A stretch of 63,130 bases of DNA, filler included, from Octopus bimaculoides (GCF_001194135.2; 6 parts of 6 records of this genome joined end to end with filler, not necessarily neighbours in it), one strand, 5' to 3'. Shown: positions 26,741 to 40,927, counted from the first letter of the whole stretch. Translations and numbers: made by a program. Notes: generated by a model from the letters alone, not told the origin.

Positions 26741-27017
26741 GAGAGTGAGAGAGAGAAAGAGAAAGAAAAAGAGAGAGAATAATGTTCTGTAGGGTACTCA
26801 TATGGTTGTGGGACAGTTTTACACACACATATACATGTCTATGTATACATACACGTTCACTCAGCATATAGACACACATATACATTTTATACGTGTGAAT
26901 ATATACACGGACGAAAAGCCTACTTTTTTTCCTTCGAGGACTGCTTATTTGCCTCAATATTAGACTATTTTCTTTAATCATTATTAATCATCACTTATAA
27001 GCTTTAAGCTTACAAAA

Positions 27018-27088
<71 letters not shown>

Positions 27089-27150
27089 CACACGTAAGTA
27101 TGTATGTATGTATGTATGTATGTATGTATGTATGTCTGTATGTCTGTATG

Positions 27151-27243
<93 letters not shown>

Positions 27244-28031
27244 ATATAAATACACTTATATGTACGTATGTATGTATATATATAAATATATATGTACACA
27301 CACATACATATATATGCCTATATACATATACATAAATACATACATATACACATGCATATATATTTATGTATATATAGATAATACACACACACACACATAC
27401 ACGCACACACACACAGTGTAAGGTGGTAGTGACCATATTTATAATTGGGTGAATTTTTGTACGTGGAGAGAGAGGTTAGTGACCTATGAAAAAAAAGAAA
27501 AAGAAAGATTCAGATCTTGACCCCCAAGTCACGATTTTCAAGAATATTTATCTTCTTCTATATTATAACATTTTTATATTAGTGATTGTGATGTGAGGGT
27601 GATTTGACAGCTATTTCTTGCATATGGCGCGACAACTTAACAATCCTGGCAGAGAGTGAGGTCGGGAGATGTTACCGAATGGCCTCCCTGCCAACCGCGA
27701 TGAAGCCCAGCAGCCAGCGGCTTCACAAAATCGGCCGGAGCTCTCTCTCGCTTCTTAGTTTCCCTGTTTGCGTCCAGCTGAAAGAACCATGTTGCTCTCT
27801 GTTGCGCTGAGCGGTAACATGACAGTCCTCCGAACATATTGCAGTTTGTCCAGTGTCCACTGTGTGTCTGCACACCAAGAAATACTGCACACTCCGATAT
27901 GCAGTGATGACTTGTACAGACTGTGAGAGGCTCATAATTTGGACTCTTCTCTCTCTCTCTCTCTCTCCTGGTCAAGTCTATTTCTGTGAATTGAACCATA
28001 GATATGCATAAAACAAATGAAAGGGATTTAG

Positions 28032-28083
<52 letters not shown>

Positions 28084-28324
28084 AATATTCTGGACTGACG
28101 TGTATATGTGTGTTTGAAGCGTTGAGTAAAGCACTGACACAGTTTCGGGTTACCTGGTGTCATCTGCGGTCGGCGTATATTTTCGTTGCATCTCTTTCAG
28201 GAACTCTGCAGTGTTAGGTTGAGACAATAACAACAATATTTTAAGCAACGAGAAGATGCATTTGGTATTAAACGCTGTACGAAATAAAGATTAATTTCCA
28301 AATCCATCTTCGCGTTACTTAAGA

Positions 28325-28374
<50 letters not shown>

Positions 28375-28385
28375 CATTATTATTA

Positions 28386-28994
28386 CATGAATAATGCGGC
28401 TTTTTCAATTCCATGAACCAAAAGTCAGAGGAGAACGGAATAAACTACCTGCACCAACAGGTAGTAATTTTTCCTTGTCCTTATTCTTAGTGCAAGTTTT
28501 GAAGAGTGCAGTTCGATTTTAACAGTTTTTCAAACCTATAATGGAAGTGACAAAGGAGCGTATTTGGTATATTTTACTTTATGAGTTCAGTAAAGGCAAC
28601 AACGCAAAGGAAACTGCGAGGAATATTAATGCAGTATATGGGGATCGGACAATAAGCATAAGCCAGTGTCAATGGTGGTTCCAGATATTCCAAGCTGGAA
28701 ACTACAGCTTAGAAGATGACCCTCATTCAGGAAGATCTGTAGAGCTCGATGAGGACATCCTGCGAACCCTGGTGGAACAAAATCCCATCACAACTGTTGA
28801 GGAATTAGCAAAGAAGCTTGGATTTGGTCATTCAACCATTCATCGACACCCGCATGCCATTGGAAAAGTCAGCAAATTGGGTCAATGGGTTCCTCACAAA
28901 CCTTCTGAGTCTAATCATGTGCAAAGAGTGAATGTGTTTTTCTCTGCGGTCACGTCTATATAAAAATATCGCATTATTTATGGGATGGCCCAAT
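28386..28994 (+). mobile_element. Internally deleted mariner transposon
   Basis: Right TIR 28962-28994 (reverse complement ATTGGGCCATCCCATAAATAATGCGATATTTTT); left TIR remnant CATGAATAATGCGGCTTTTT at 28386-28405; transposase N-terminus lies between them. Confidence 0.85.
28541..28963 (+). pseudogene. Truncated mariner transposase (HTH DNA-binding domains plus WVPH linker; no DD34D domain)
   Basis: ILLYEFSKGNNAKETARNINAVYG...WFQIF...LEDDPHSGRS...TTVEELAKKLG...KVSKLGQWVPHK matches the mariner/SETMAR-type transposase N-terminus. Confidence 0.9.
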
Positions 28995-29340
28995 GTATGT
29001 ATGTATGTACGTATATATGTATGTATGTATGTGTGTGTGTGTGTGTGTATGTATATATGTATGTATGTGTGTATGTACGTATGTGTGTATGCATGTGTGT
29101 ATGTATGTATGTATGTATGTATGTGTGTATGCATGTGTGTATGTATGTATATATATGTGTGTGTGTATGTGTGTGTATGAGTGTATGTATGTGTATGTGT
29201 ATGTATGTATGTATGTATGTATGTATGTGTGTGTGTGTATGTATGCATGTATGTATGTATGTATGTATGTATGTATGTATGTATGTATGTTTATATGTAT
29301 GTATGTAAACTATATACATGCACGTATACACACACACACG
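28995..29340. repeat. Compound (TATG)n/(TG)n microsatellite
   Basis: Seen directly; abuts the mariner right TIR. Confidence 0.95.
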
Positions 29341-29429
29341 CAAACGTTAATAAGTCGGGAAGCTGATAGGGGAGTGAACACAAATAACCATCTATGAGAT
29401 TTATCTCCCTTTCTAAATATGTATGTATG

Positions 29430-29460
<31 letters not shown>

Positions 29461-29589
29461 TTTTAACGTGACTTGCTTTCATTGAGGGCAATTATTTTGA
29501 GGCTGCTATTCCATGCAAGAAACAACAGTAATTTCCTTGTGTAGATGAGTTAAGAAGCCTGAAATATCTTTACAAACTCACTGAAATAA

Positions 29590-29790
29590 TTTCTTCTCTA
29601 TTTAATGTTATCCCAAAATAAATCAAAGGTGAAAAATATTCCATCACCTTCAAACAACACCTGGACAAATGTCTTCAAGAGATCCTAGTTACCTGGATAC
29701 AGGTATAGGACCGAAGTCACCTATGCCTGGATACAGTCTCTGTCAACAGCTCTCTACTTGAATGGGATATGATACCACAAAACTTGACTT
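29590..29790 (+). pseudogene. LINE ORF2 C-terminal fragment (CR1/L2-like)
   Basis: SLFNVIPK*IKGEKYSITFKQHLDKCLQEI resembles the LFNxLP...FKxxLDKFL end of CR1/L2-group ORF2. Confidence 0.55.
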
Positions 29791-30354
29791 AAAAACGACT
29801 TAACGGATTCTGTCAATGTAGATTACGATTAAAAAGAAATTTGTAGGCAAAATTATGGAAGGGGTTNNNNNNNNNNGAGTTTCTGATCAGGCAGCCCACA
29901 TAAGTTGGAATTACTCCGTTTTGACGGAGATTTATTCCAATGTGTGTGTGTGTGTGTATGTGTGTGTTTTTGCCAAAGTCTTCAGAATGATGGGAGGCAT
30001 CTTTGCACGAAAACAATTTTTTTTTAATTTGAAAATTGTTTTTTTTTCACTCCCGCCACCTCCTCCCCACCCCAGTCCGAAACAATTCCGGTCAAAAGGT
30101 TTGTTTTCCCTACGCACTTAAAACCCGTGAGAGGAACATTTTCGGTTAAAAAAAACATATGCTAATAATTTCAGAGGAAAATGTGTGATTTAAGGGAGCT
30201 CTGGCTGTTGTTTCTAGCACATTCTCGCACGCATGCACACATTCGCACGTACGCACACACAGTGGTGTTCTTTAGACATGGAATTAACAGAAAACCTGTT
30301 GGAGTTCAATAGCGACACCAGTTACACAGGAAACTATGAACCCTGCAGCACTTT

Positions 30355-30446
30355 CCTATCTATCTTTCTGTCTGTTTGTCTATCTGTCTGTTTGTCTATC
30401 TGTCTGTTTGTCTATCTGTCTGTTTGTCTATCTGTCTGTTTGTCTA

Positions 30447-30519
<73 letters not shown>

Positions 30520-30670
30520 GTCTGTCTATCTTTCTGTCTACCTGCCTATCTGCCTGCCCGCCTGCCTGCCTGCCTGCCTGTCTGCCTGTCTGCCTGTCCG
30601 CCTGTCCGCCTGTCTGTCTATTTGCTTGTCTACCTCCTCACTTACCCACTAACGTACCTACCTACCTATG
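30355..30670. repeat. Compound (TCTG)n/(TC)n/(CCTG)n repeat
   Basis: Seen directly; includes 16-bp units GTCTATCTGTCTGTTT. Confidence 0.9.
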
Positions 30671-31074
30671 TACGTATGATGTATGCATTTATGTATATAA
30701 GTACGAATGTTCTTGTTTCCCTCTTCACTTCACAATGAATCTGGACCGGTCACTTGCTTCGTAGCAAGGTGGTTTTCTTCATAATTCTTTAAATCTTAAA
30801 AATCTCCTGCAGATTTTTAATACTGCCAGATATCGTGACCATTTTGTACTATACGAGTGGAGGAGCTGCATCCTTTACATGTAGTAAAAAATTTCGCCGT
30901 AAAGATTTTCGTGGCGAGTTGTAGTGAAAAGATATATAACAAAGGAAGGAAAATGCACACAATTTATATATTTCAAATATATCTTATATGACAGGATATT
31001 ACCACAGTCTACCGGTTTCGTATGATGATAATCATGACTGGGATATTGGTGAAAATATATACATACATGACATG

Positions 31075-31111
<37 letters not shown>

Positions 31112-33057
31112 AAATATGCTATTCATACATTTCAAGAAACTAGTAATTAATATTTGTTGAATGTACGGTGTGAGTTGGTGGGGGAGGATTAGTCTACAGA
31201 ATTGGTAAATTTCCAGACAATTTTTTTCTGATGTGCAATTAACTCGTCTGATAACGTTTTGTGTTCAAATTATACGGGTACCAAAGTCATTCTTCATTTC
31301 TCTCGGGTAGAAACCCATTTCCATCAAAATGCCAATTATACATAATGTAATATATCCTTCCGTTTTTTTTTCTAAGATGGTAGTAACTAAGTTGAGGATA
31401 GTTTGACTGCTATTTCTAGAAAATTGAAAGACCACATTCAGGTTTTTTTCGTTGGCTTCTAGCATTTTTGTTCTTGCGATTGTTGATGGCGGTGGTGTGT
31501 GTGTGTGTGTGTGGGGCGATGGTGGTGATTGTGGTGGTGGCATCCTTGATGGCGGTGGTAGTGTTGATAGTAGATGCAATAGTTGTGGTTGCAGCAATTA
31601 TAGTAGTAGTAGTAGTGGTGGTGGTGGTGGTTGTGGTTGGATTCTAATTCAACTAACAAAAATCATGAAGACCGTCTAACTTCTCCGTAACAACCGGAAG
31701 TAACTGAATCATAAAATATATTTAATTAATCAATGTGATTAATTAAACAGACCTGTAATTGAGACGACTAGTTATTGTCATAAAAGGAAAAAGAAATCGC
31801 AATTAGTGCAATTAAATTGTACTCCAATTAAGTAAAAAAAATATATACTTCTGGAGGTTCACTAAAATCAATATATATTCATTGATACAGGCCGCCATTT
31901 TCTCGACAATAGCGTCTCGAATTTCGCCGAGGTCTGTTTTGTCTTTCATCTTTTCGGATGTCGATAAAATAAATTAGAGCTGGCCTTGAGCCATAATTAG
32001 TAAAAATTAATTACAAAGCGGATAATTGGCAGACTTGTTAGCACGTCGGATTGATTGCGGTAAATGTTTCTGCGCTCTGAGTTCAAGTCCCGTCGAGGCC
32101 AACTTTCTTCCTTTCCGGTTGGACAAGTAAACTACCAGTTCTGTATTGAGGTCGAGTCTTCTTTTCTCTCACTCTTTTATTTCTGTAACCTAGTGGTTCG
32201 GCAAAAGACACCGATACAGTAAGTACCAGACTTATGTGCTGAGGTTGATTTATTCAACTAAACCCCCAGCATGGCCGCGGTCTGATGGCTGAAACAGATA
32301 AAAGGTAACGGATAAACACACATACATATATGTACATGTGTGTGTGTGTGTGTGTGTGCGTGTGTATGTGTGTGTGTGCGCGTGTGTGTGTGTGTGTGTG
32401 TGTGTGCGTGCGTGTGTGCGCGTGTGTGCGCGCAACGGTACCTAGAATCAATCAAGTATTTAGTTTAATACATTTATTTCGAGTATCAGGTTTATTCTTA
32501 CAAGGACAAGTTTAATTGTAACACCAGTGAAACTTCGAAGTCACTGCCAACCTTTTCCTTATAAAAATAAATATATCAATGAATATCAATATTTTAAAAT
32601 AAATGAACAGGTGTTGCTTAAGTAATTAGTGTACAAAGTAAATGAAATCACAATTTAGAATGCAAATAATTTCCGTACGATGTCATAGCTATCAACTGAC
32701 AAAGAAAACATTGAGATTTATAGGTTAATTAGCAAAGAGTAACAGAATTAATTATGTATAATGTAATTAGTGTTAAACTTCATTCATCAGGTTTTGTATA
32801 AGTCACTTTATTTTTTTTTATGAATTTCATTAGATTGAAATCTTGAAGTATTTCAAATATCTCCCGCTGTGTTTGTATATTAATTATTGGTAAGTAATAT
32901 ACGTAATAAACTACATTATCATAATTAATTCACAATTGGGTGAGTTAACAAGTGTTGTGTGTTTGTGTGTGTATGTATGTGTGTATGTATGTGTGAGAGT
33001 GTGTGTACGGTCATACATACATACACACATACATACGTATTCGTGCGATTTGAAGTC

Positions 33058-33350
33058 ACTTGGCCCCGTGGTTAGGACGTTGCACTCATGATCCAGCGGT
33101 CATGGGTTCGATTCCCGAATCGTACTCTTGAGCAAAACACTCCCTTCCACGTTGCTCCAGTCCACTCAGCTGTAAATGGGTCACCCTGTGACAGGACTCG
33201 CCTTCTGATCGGAGGTGGGGGGGGGAATGTTGGCCTGCTCACCCCTCGCCAGTGGGGTGGCATCATTCGGAAGCTAAAACAATGCAAAGCGCATTGTGAC
33301 AAGCGATGTATAATAACATTCCGATAGCCTGGTCGATCATGTGATATAAT
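33058..33350 (+). mobile_element. SINE family A-type
   Basis: GTGGTTAGG...GGGTTCGATTCCCG head followed by CTTGAGCAAAACACT...GCTCCAGTCCACTCAGCTG. Confidence 0.8.
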
Positions 33351-34614
33351 ATACGTAGAGAAAGAGAGAGAGAGGGGGGCGCTACAGGGGTATTTTCTAT
33401 GGAGCTATGGAAAATGTTCCTGTATGGCAACGGACCATTATTTGTTTATGACTATGAAGTATTGTTTTCCGTTCTGTGTATCATGTTAGCAGTCACAGAG
33501 ACGAAACGGGGTCACACAGAGTGCACTGGAGATCGACAGACAGGCTGTGAACACACAAACAACTCGACAAAGTCGTACATTTCTTATATATTGTAACAAC
33601 CTGAATTATAATCCTCTTCAACATTGTCACAACATAATAATTGATGTATAATAAATGGCCATATGAATAACGAAGCAAACATTGTTCTTCATTCATTTCT
33701 CTGATGCATCTTAGCATTGAACTCCGTCGTTGCATTTGGTGAGCTTCCACAAAAGATTTTCCAATGTGACCTTCCGTGGTGGAATCAAACTCGAAAATCC
33801 GGAGTTAGGGTCTTAACCCACCATACACACATACCTAAGCCCAAACTTTTAAAAACAATTTTCGTTTCTCCTTCTCCCAGGACACACAAAGCTTATCTTA
33901 ATTAGAGAATTATATTAAGACGTCCAATAGTTTCATTAGTGATTCTTATCTTTGCAGATAAAACAAGGCATCAGAAGAGAACAGAAACTGGTGATGTTCA
34001 GTCTTTATTTATCCTGGCGGCTGCTGCTGCTGCTGCTGCTGTTCTTCCAGACAAGGCGACCATTCTCCCCCCCCCACTCTCTCTCTCTCTCTCTCTCTCT
34101 CGTTTTGTACTTTACAAAAACTGTTCAACATCAAAGCGCTGTTTGTCTTAATTTCTCGCGAAATATCTCTGTTTACATCCAAACGTATCTTTTTTCCTTT
34201 GTACCCACGTCAATCTACGTGCCCCCACTTTTTTTTCTCCTTTCGCTCCCTTTATCCTAATAAACGTATACCNNNNNNNNNNNNNNNNNNNNNNNNNNNN
34301 NNNNNNNNNNNNNNNNNNNNNNNNNNNNNNNNNNNNNNNNNNNNNNNNNNNNNNNNNNNNNNNNNNNNNNNNNNNNNNNNNNNNNNNNNNNNNNNNNNNN
34401 NNNNNNNNNNNNNNNNNNNNNNNNNNNNNNNNNNNNNNNNNNNNNNNNNNNNNNNNNNNNAGGATTCTTCTATCATCTACGGAGATAGCGAGCGTCTTCG
34501 TTTCGCCAAAGTTTGGTTAGTAACAGCAGCAGCGGAGAAGATGGAGGTGGAGGAGGGAGAGGGAGAAGAAGACGATGAAGGAGAAGAAAAAGAAGAAAAA
34601 AAGAAATAATAATG

Positions 34615-34660
<46 letters not shown>

Positions 34661-34679
34661 TAATAATAAAAAGAATACT

Positions 34680-34893
34680 ATGGTTTCAAATTTTGGCCCA
34701 AAGAGAGCAATTTTGAAGAGAAGGGGTAAGTCGACCGCAGTAATTGACTGGTATCTTATTATTGATACCGAAAGAAGGAAATACAAAGTTGGACTTCGTG
34801 GGGTATTTGAGTATCAGAATGTAAAGAGTCGGAAGAAATGCTGTTAAGCATTTTGTCCGGCATGCTAACGATTCTGCCAAACTCGCCGCCGTA
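34680..34893 (-). mobile_element. SINE family B inserted in (AAT)n
   Basis: Reverse B body flanked by (AAT)n on both sides. Confidence 0.8.
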
Positions 34894-34901
34894 ATAGCAG
34901 A

Positions 34902-34980
<79 letters not shown>

Positions 34981-35431
34981 GCAACAACAACAACAGCAAC
35001 ATGACTAAAGAGAGGAAGGAAGAGTGGAGAAGGAAGAATATGTACGAATAAGAAGAATAAAAAGGAAGAAGGGAAAAGAGGGGAAGGAAGAAGAAGTAGA
35101 GAAAGAAGGAGGAGGAGGAGGTGGAGGAGAAGAAAAGAAGAAGACGTCGGGAAGCACATTAAAGTGAAGATTCTTGCAGCGTCTCAAAGACAACAACAAC
35201 AACAACAACAACACATTGAGGAAAAAGTTTGTGTTGGGGAAAGCTTTTAACCTGAAACCCTTTGGTGCCGTTAATGGTCTTAATTTGAAGAATTTGTCTC
35301 AGACATTTTTGTTCTTTCTTGAAAGACGTTCCAAATACTCCAGATGGTCTCTCAGACATTTAAGTCAATTAACCAGTTCCAATATCGATTATAATTAAAA
35401 TTCTTAAACGATCAAAGAAGCCTTTCTGTGG

Positions 35432-35615
35432 TCACTCGATCCGCTAGAAATAGCAGGCAGATATCAGCCTTAGCTCTGAAACTACTGCTAAAAAATGACA
35501 ATGAAGAACACATTGAGCAATGCGGTAGTAAATCTAGGTAGGAATGTCACGGCTGGAACGTCTTTGATTATAGGTCTGTTGGATCAGAGGAAAACATGAG
35601 CTAAATAGCAACGAC
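35432..35615 (+). mobile_element. Short interspersed repeat family E (related fragments near 200-315, 5555-5730, 5930-6060, 23283-23480 and 39485-39590)
   Basis: Recurrent motifs CTAGAAATAGCAG(C/G)CA, ACACATTG, GTCACGGCTGGAA and TTTGAT(C/T)ATAGGTCTG, with (AAC)n-like tails. Confidence 0.6.
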
Positions 35616-35944
35616 AATTAAAATTCTTAATTAGTAATTAGGATGGGATCTTGCGTTAAATATTATTGTGTGAAAATTATTTGCGAACATTTTAGAATTC
35701 TTTTATAATGGAAAAGACTGTTCTTTGGTTAAGATGCGACCGATTTGGGAATAGATTGGTTTTTAACAAACGAATGGACTAGTCTTTAGGGAATGAAAAC
35801 GAGACTGGCTTTTAATTAATAAAGGGTCACGGGCTCTGTCCCATCCCCGCTTCTTGTTTCAGTTCTTAAAAACAAAATCGATTTCTTCATCCGTGACAAC
35901 CACGCAACATTCCATACAGTTTTTGATTTTGTTAAATGGGAAGG

Positions 35945-36222
35945 CTTTCAGAATAATAGAACGACAGAATAATAGAATAGAATAATAGAATAGCACAATA
36001 ACAGAGCGCCGGAATAATAGCATAGCAGAATAACAGAACAACATTATAGAGCAGCAGAATAATAACACAGCAGAATAACAGAACAGCAGAATAATAGGAC
36101 ACTGGAATAATAGAATACCACAATAATAGAACAGCAGAATAATAAAACAACAGTCTAACAGTCTAATAACACCGGAATAATAGAATAACACCGGAATAAT
36201 AGAACAGCAGAATAATAAAACT
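35945..36222. repeat. Minisatellite of AATAATAGAA / CAGCAG units
   Basis: Seen directly. Confidence 0.85.
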
Positions 36223-36295
36223 GCCATTGTTTTATTAAAAGTGAAAGGTTTCACGCGCACAAATTTTCAACTGGATTCCGTTTGTTCTAAAGATT

Positions 36296-36530
36296 CTTTT
36301 CTACTCTAGGCACAAGTCCTGAAATTTTGGGGAAGGGGGCCAGTCGATTAGATTGACCCCAGTACGCAACTGGTACTTAATTTATCGACCCCGAAAGGAT
36401 GAAAGGTAAAGTCAACCTCGGCGGAATTNNNNNNNNNNACCTCGGCGGAAATTGAACTCAGAACGTAACGGCTGACGAAATACCGTTAAACATTTCGCCC
36501 AGCGTGGTAAACTTTCTGTCAGTTCGCCGG
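36296..36530 (-). mobile_element. SINE family B spanning a 10-N gap
   Basis: Reverse B body; ACCTCGGCGGAA is duplicated on either side of the gap at 36429-36438. Confidence 0.9.
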
Positions 36531-36607
36531 CTGTGTATCGAAACTGCTACCATTCTCGTACTCTCATCTGCAGCTGACGAAGGCGAGGTGTGTGTGTATC
36601 TATCTAC

Positions 36608-36651
<44 letters not shown>

Positions 36652-36661
36652 TTATCTACCT

Positions 36662-37060
36662 CTTTTACCTGTTTCAATCATTAGACGGCGGCCATGCTGG
36701 GGCACCGCCTTGAAGAATTTTTAGTCGAATGTATCAATCCCAGTACTTATTTTAAAAAATCTGGTTCTTATTCTATCAGTCTCTTTTGCCGAAACGTTAA
36801 GTGACAGGGATGTAAATACGCCAACACCGGCTGTCAAGCAGTGGTGGGGAACAAACAATGACACAAAGACATACATACATACATACATACATACATACAT
36901 ACATACATACATAAATGCATGCATACATACATACACATATCTATAAAGCTTCTTTCAGAAATCTCTCACCAGGCTTTGGTCGACCCGAGGCTGCGGTAGA
37001 AGAAATTTTCCCCCAAGTTCCACCGTGTTGTTGGTAAGCAAACGTCTTACCACAGAGCCA
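36662..37060 (-). mobile_element. SINE family C
   Basis: Reverse C with internal (ACAT)n. Confidence 0.85.
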
Positions 37061-37069
37061 CTCCTCCAC

Positions 37070-37123
<54 letters not shown>

Positions 37124-38098
37124 ACCTTCGCTACAAATAAGAAGGAGAACGATGTATAGAATACGTAGATTCATTTCGATGTTAACATCTCGACTATTTC
37201 CCTTGTGTCGTTCTCGTAAAACTATTTCCATAAATTCTTATATTTTTGATTTGAGATTTCTGCGTCATTGAACCTTTTGCAGAATTCTTAGGCGAAGAAA
37301 TAGTTACGTGTTATGTCTTCGAAATATTTATTCCTCTCACTTAATTACCATTCTAGTTCCATAACTTCTTACGCGTCCATTCTTATTATGGGACAATCCA
37401 TTATGTAACGCCGCGGTATGCTGCTCTAAGATAATTCCAATACCGCCTTATTCCCCCCCCCCTTCTCAGCATGGGACCCTTCAAGTAATGTGTAATGAAA
37501 ATTGACAACAAGTGGAATCCCAAGATCGCAGGTTCCGATTTCACGTGAGCTGTTGACTGGAATTTGAAATTTGGTGAGAATTATTTACTTTCATATTTTT
37601 TTTCTCACACACAGCCCCAGCCATGCACACATCTTAGCTCGGTGTAGCTGTACACATACGCGCGCGCACGCACACACATACACACACACATATACAGACA
37701 CATATACACATACACAGAAATGGACGAAAACATATGCATGTGTATACATATTGACACATGAACGCATATCCTACCCTCTCTCTCTCTCTCACAAACACAC
37801 ATATTCGTATACATACGCATGGGGTATCCATTTACTTCTGTCATGTCTGTGTACATATACACACATATCTATACACCCACACTAATAGACATATGATAAA
37901 AATCTCTTGGTGGCTACAAGAAGTGTCCACTGTCCAACAGAAAGAATGTACTCGGTTCAGAACGTATGGAGATGAAAGGGTTTTTATTTGATAAAATCGA
38001 CATTTGCACAATAATCACGCCGTTTCCTTTAAAAAAATTCTTCAGAATATTTAGTAAGAATGAATCAAAAATGAACTGTGAGTGATGTCACTCAACAA

Positions 38099-38129
<31 letters not shown>

Positions 38130-38188
38130 TANNNNNNNNNNNNNNNNNNNNNNNNNNNNNNNNNNNNNNNNNNNNNNNNNNNNNNNNN

Positions 38189-38224
<36 letters not shown>

Positions 38225-38774
38225 ATGCACGTATTTCTATGAGCGTACATATATTCAGATAGGACAACACAAACGTCGCTATTGTGAATATAAAATAATA
38301 TACCTAATGTCTTTCGCCGAAAGTTTTCTGGTGGCATTTAGGAACTGGGGACAGAACACTATAAACATTCTGTCTGTAAGAATGGTATTCTCAGAGGAAC
38401 TGCAGACACAATTATCAATCCCAATATCTTCCAATGCAGATTTATTAACAAATCTTCTAATTCATCCACTCTTTTAAAGAAAACAACAAAACGAATTGCT
38501 TTGGCGTCACTTTCTAAGAATAACACAATCACACGCATTGACATATACACACATACATACATACACACATACATACATACATACATACATACATACATAC
38601 ATACATACATACATACATACATGCATACACACACCGATAGGATTTATGTGAGATGAAGTGATGGTGGTAGAGGCATTAAGTCATTCGAAGCAGTTTTTGA
38701 ATGATGCATTTGTATCACTCAGACAACACCTGCTGAATGGTAAAGAAAGAAATGAGAACATTTCATGTATATTC

Positions 38775-38867
<93 letters not shown>

Positions 38868-40321
38868 CAACCGCATCTTCAGAGCTGAAGAAACTGTCTG
38901 ATGCGACCAAAATATCTATATATATGTATACAATATACGCATAAATGTATACGTTTATATATACAGATATACTTACTTTATACACATATGTATGTATGTT
39001 TGTGTGCATGTATTTATAAATGCATAAACACAAAAGAATCACACAATTATATGCGTGTACACACATTCACAAGAACACACACACACGCAAAATTCTTTAA
39101 CGATAAACAGAAACAAGAACAAGAAGAACATCAACGGGATCTGCAAGAGAAATTCAACAAATCTTTCATTGTTGCAAAAATATCCAGTTTAGAGAATCTG
39201 AGCCAAGATATCATTTTAAGATCAGAGTCAATTTATTGGTGGCGTCGACAAGAGGTGGGGTGGGGGGTGGAATGGTAACAATCATAATAGTCTTTTATTA
39301 TAAAGTGGTTGTCTTTGGCGTAGTGTTTGGAATGGAGAATTTGTCTCAGCACCCATTCCTCCTTCGTGGGGAGCGGGGTATATGCACCAACCCTCCACCC
39401 CTCTTTTAGGTATTGCACTGCAAGTGCGTTGGAACTTCCAATGTTGAGGGGTAATTCACACTCAGTGACTCACTTCTCATAGTTGTGTATCCCCCAAATC
39501 AGTCTTGAACATGCAAACTCATGATCAAAGCCATTCCAGCCGTGATCATCCCAACTTTTGTTCAAATACAGTGTATCTGCGCTAACATTCACTGCACAGT
39601 CACTCCTCCGTTAACTTTTTGTAGAGACATTTACACAAATAGTTCATGCTTCAAGAATAAAAAGAGTTAACCGCACTGAGGCAGATAGACAGACGGGCAG
39701 ACGGGCAGACATATGGCCCGACAGACACACAGACAGACTGCCACACACACAGCCAATCAGATAAAGAAGATAAGGGAAATATGAACTTCCGGCAGAGTAG
39801 GTTGCTGGATGGTTTTGTAAAAGGAAGATAAGTTATTTAATTGCGTGTGACACATGGGTTCGAACCATCGACCCAGCTGTTCGTTTTCCTAACCATAAAT
39901 CACAAGCAACCAGCCACTTCCGTTTATTTTGGTATTTCCCGTGGTTTTTTTTAATATTTCTTCCTCTCTTTTTTTTTTTTGTAAAAACGAAACCAAAAAT
40001 TAAAGAAAACAAATAAAAGCCATCAATCCTTCACTTCTTTCTTTTTTTTCTTCTTCTTCGTCTTCATTCTCCTCGTTCTTCTTATTCTTTCTTTTCTCCT
40101 TTTCTCCTTTCTCTTCCTTTTCCTTTCCCTCTCCTCTCCCTTCCCCCCATATGTAAACGATATAATGAGATCTGACATCGAGACAACGCCGCCATTTTGA
40201 AAGGGAGTAGGAGGAGGCGGAGGCGGGCCCTGGAAGTACGAAAGAACGAAGTCAAATAACGGCGGATTTGAACTAGCAACGTACCAGTGCCACTCTGTGC
40301 CTTCTGCCACCAACTCCTCGG

Positions 40322-40492
40322 AATATTGGTTTCAAATTTTGGCACAAGGCCGGCAATTTCGAGGTGGGGGTGGGTATTTAAATCGATTACATCGACCCGA
40401 GTGGTCAACTGGTACTTACTTTATCGACCCCGAAAGGTTGAAAGGCAAAGTCTAACCCAGCGACATTTGAACTCAGCGCGTAAAGTCGGATG
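40322..40492 (-). mobile_element. SINE family B, cut by scaffold end
   Basis: Reverse B tail and body up to the spacer. Confidence 0.85.
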
Positions 40493-40592
40493 NNNNNNNN
40501 NNNNNNNNNNNNNNNNNNNNNNNNNNNNNNNNNNNNTTAATTAATTAANNNNNNNNNNNNNNNNNNNNNNNNNNNNNNNNNNNNNNNNNNNN
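40493..40592. other. Artificial scaffold-join spacer
   Basis: 44 N + TTAATTAATTAA + 44 N. Confidence 0.95.
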
Positions 40593-40891
40593 AATCCACT
40601 CCAGTATGTTTTGTATTTCATTTATATTTTGTATCACAATTTTGGAGAAACAGTATTAATGGTTATATTTATAGGTTTGTGATGGACCAACAATCAGAAG
40701 GCAAGGTGATTCACCAGTCTCACCATTCAAAGGGCACCAGTTTTCACTTTTTATTTCCTTCACTGATGTGTGTGTGTGTGTACACATATGAAACAGCTAT
40801 ATCCCAAAATTCACACACACACACTCACACTATACAACCATATCCCACCAAATAGTCATCTTTGAAAGCTATGACTAGTTTTGGGGATAAA

Positions 40892-40927
<36 letters not shown>

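Noticed and set aside
40675-40705. Possible 31-nt exon (TTTATAG|...AAG|GTGATT)
   Set aside because: Short, moderate donor and no recognisable peptide; indistinguishable from chance.
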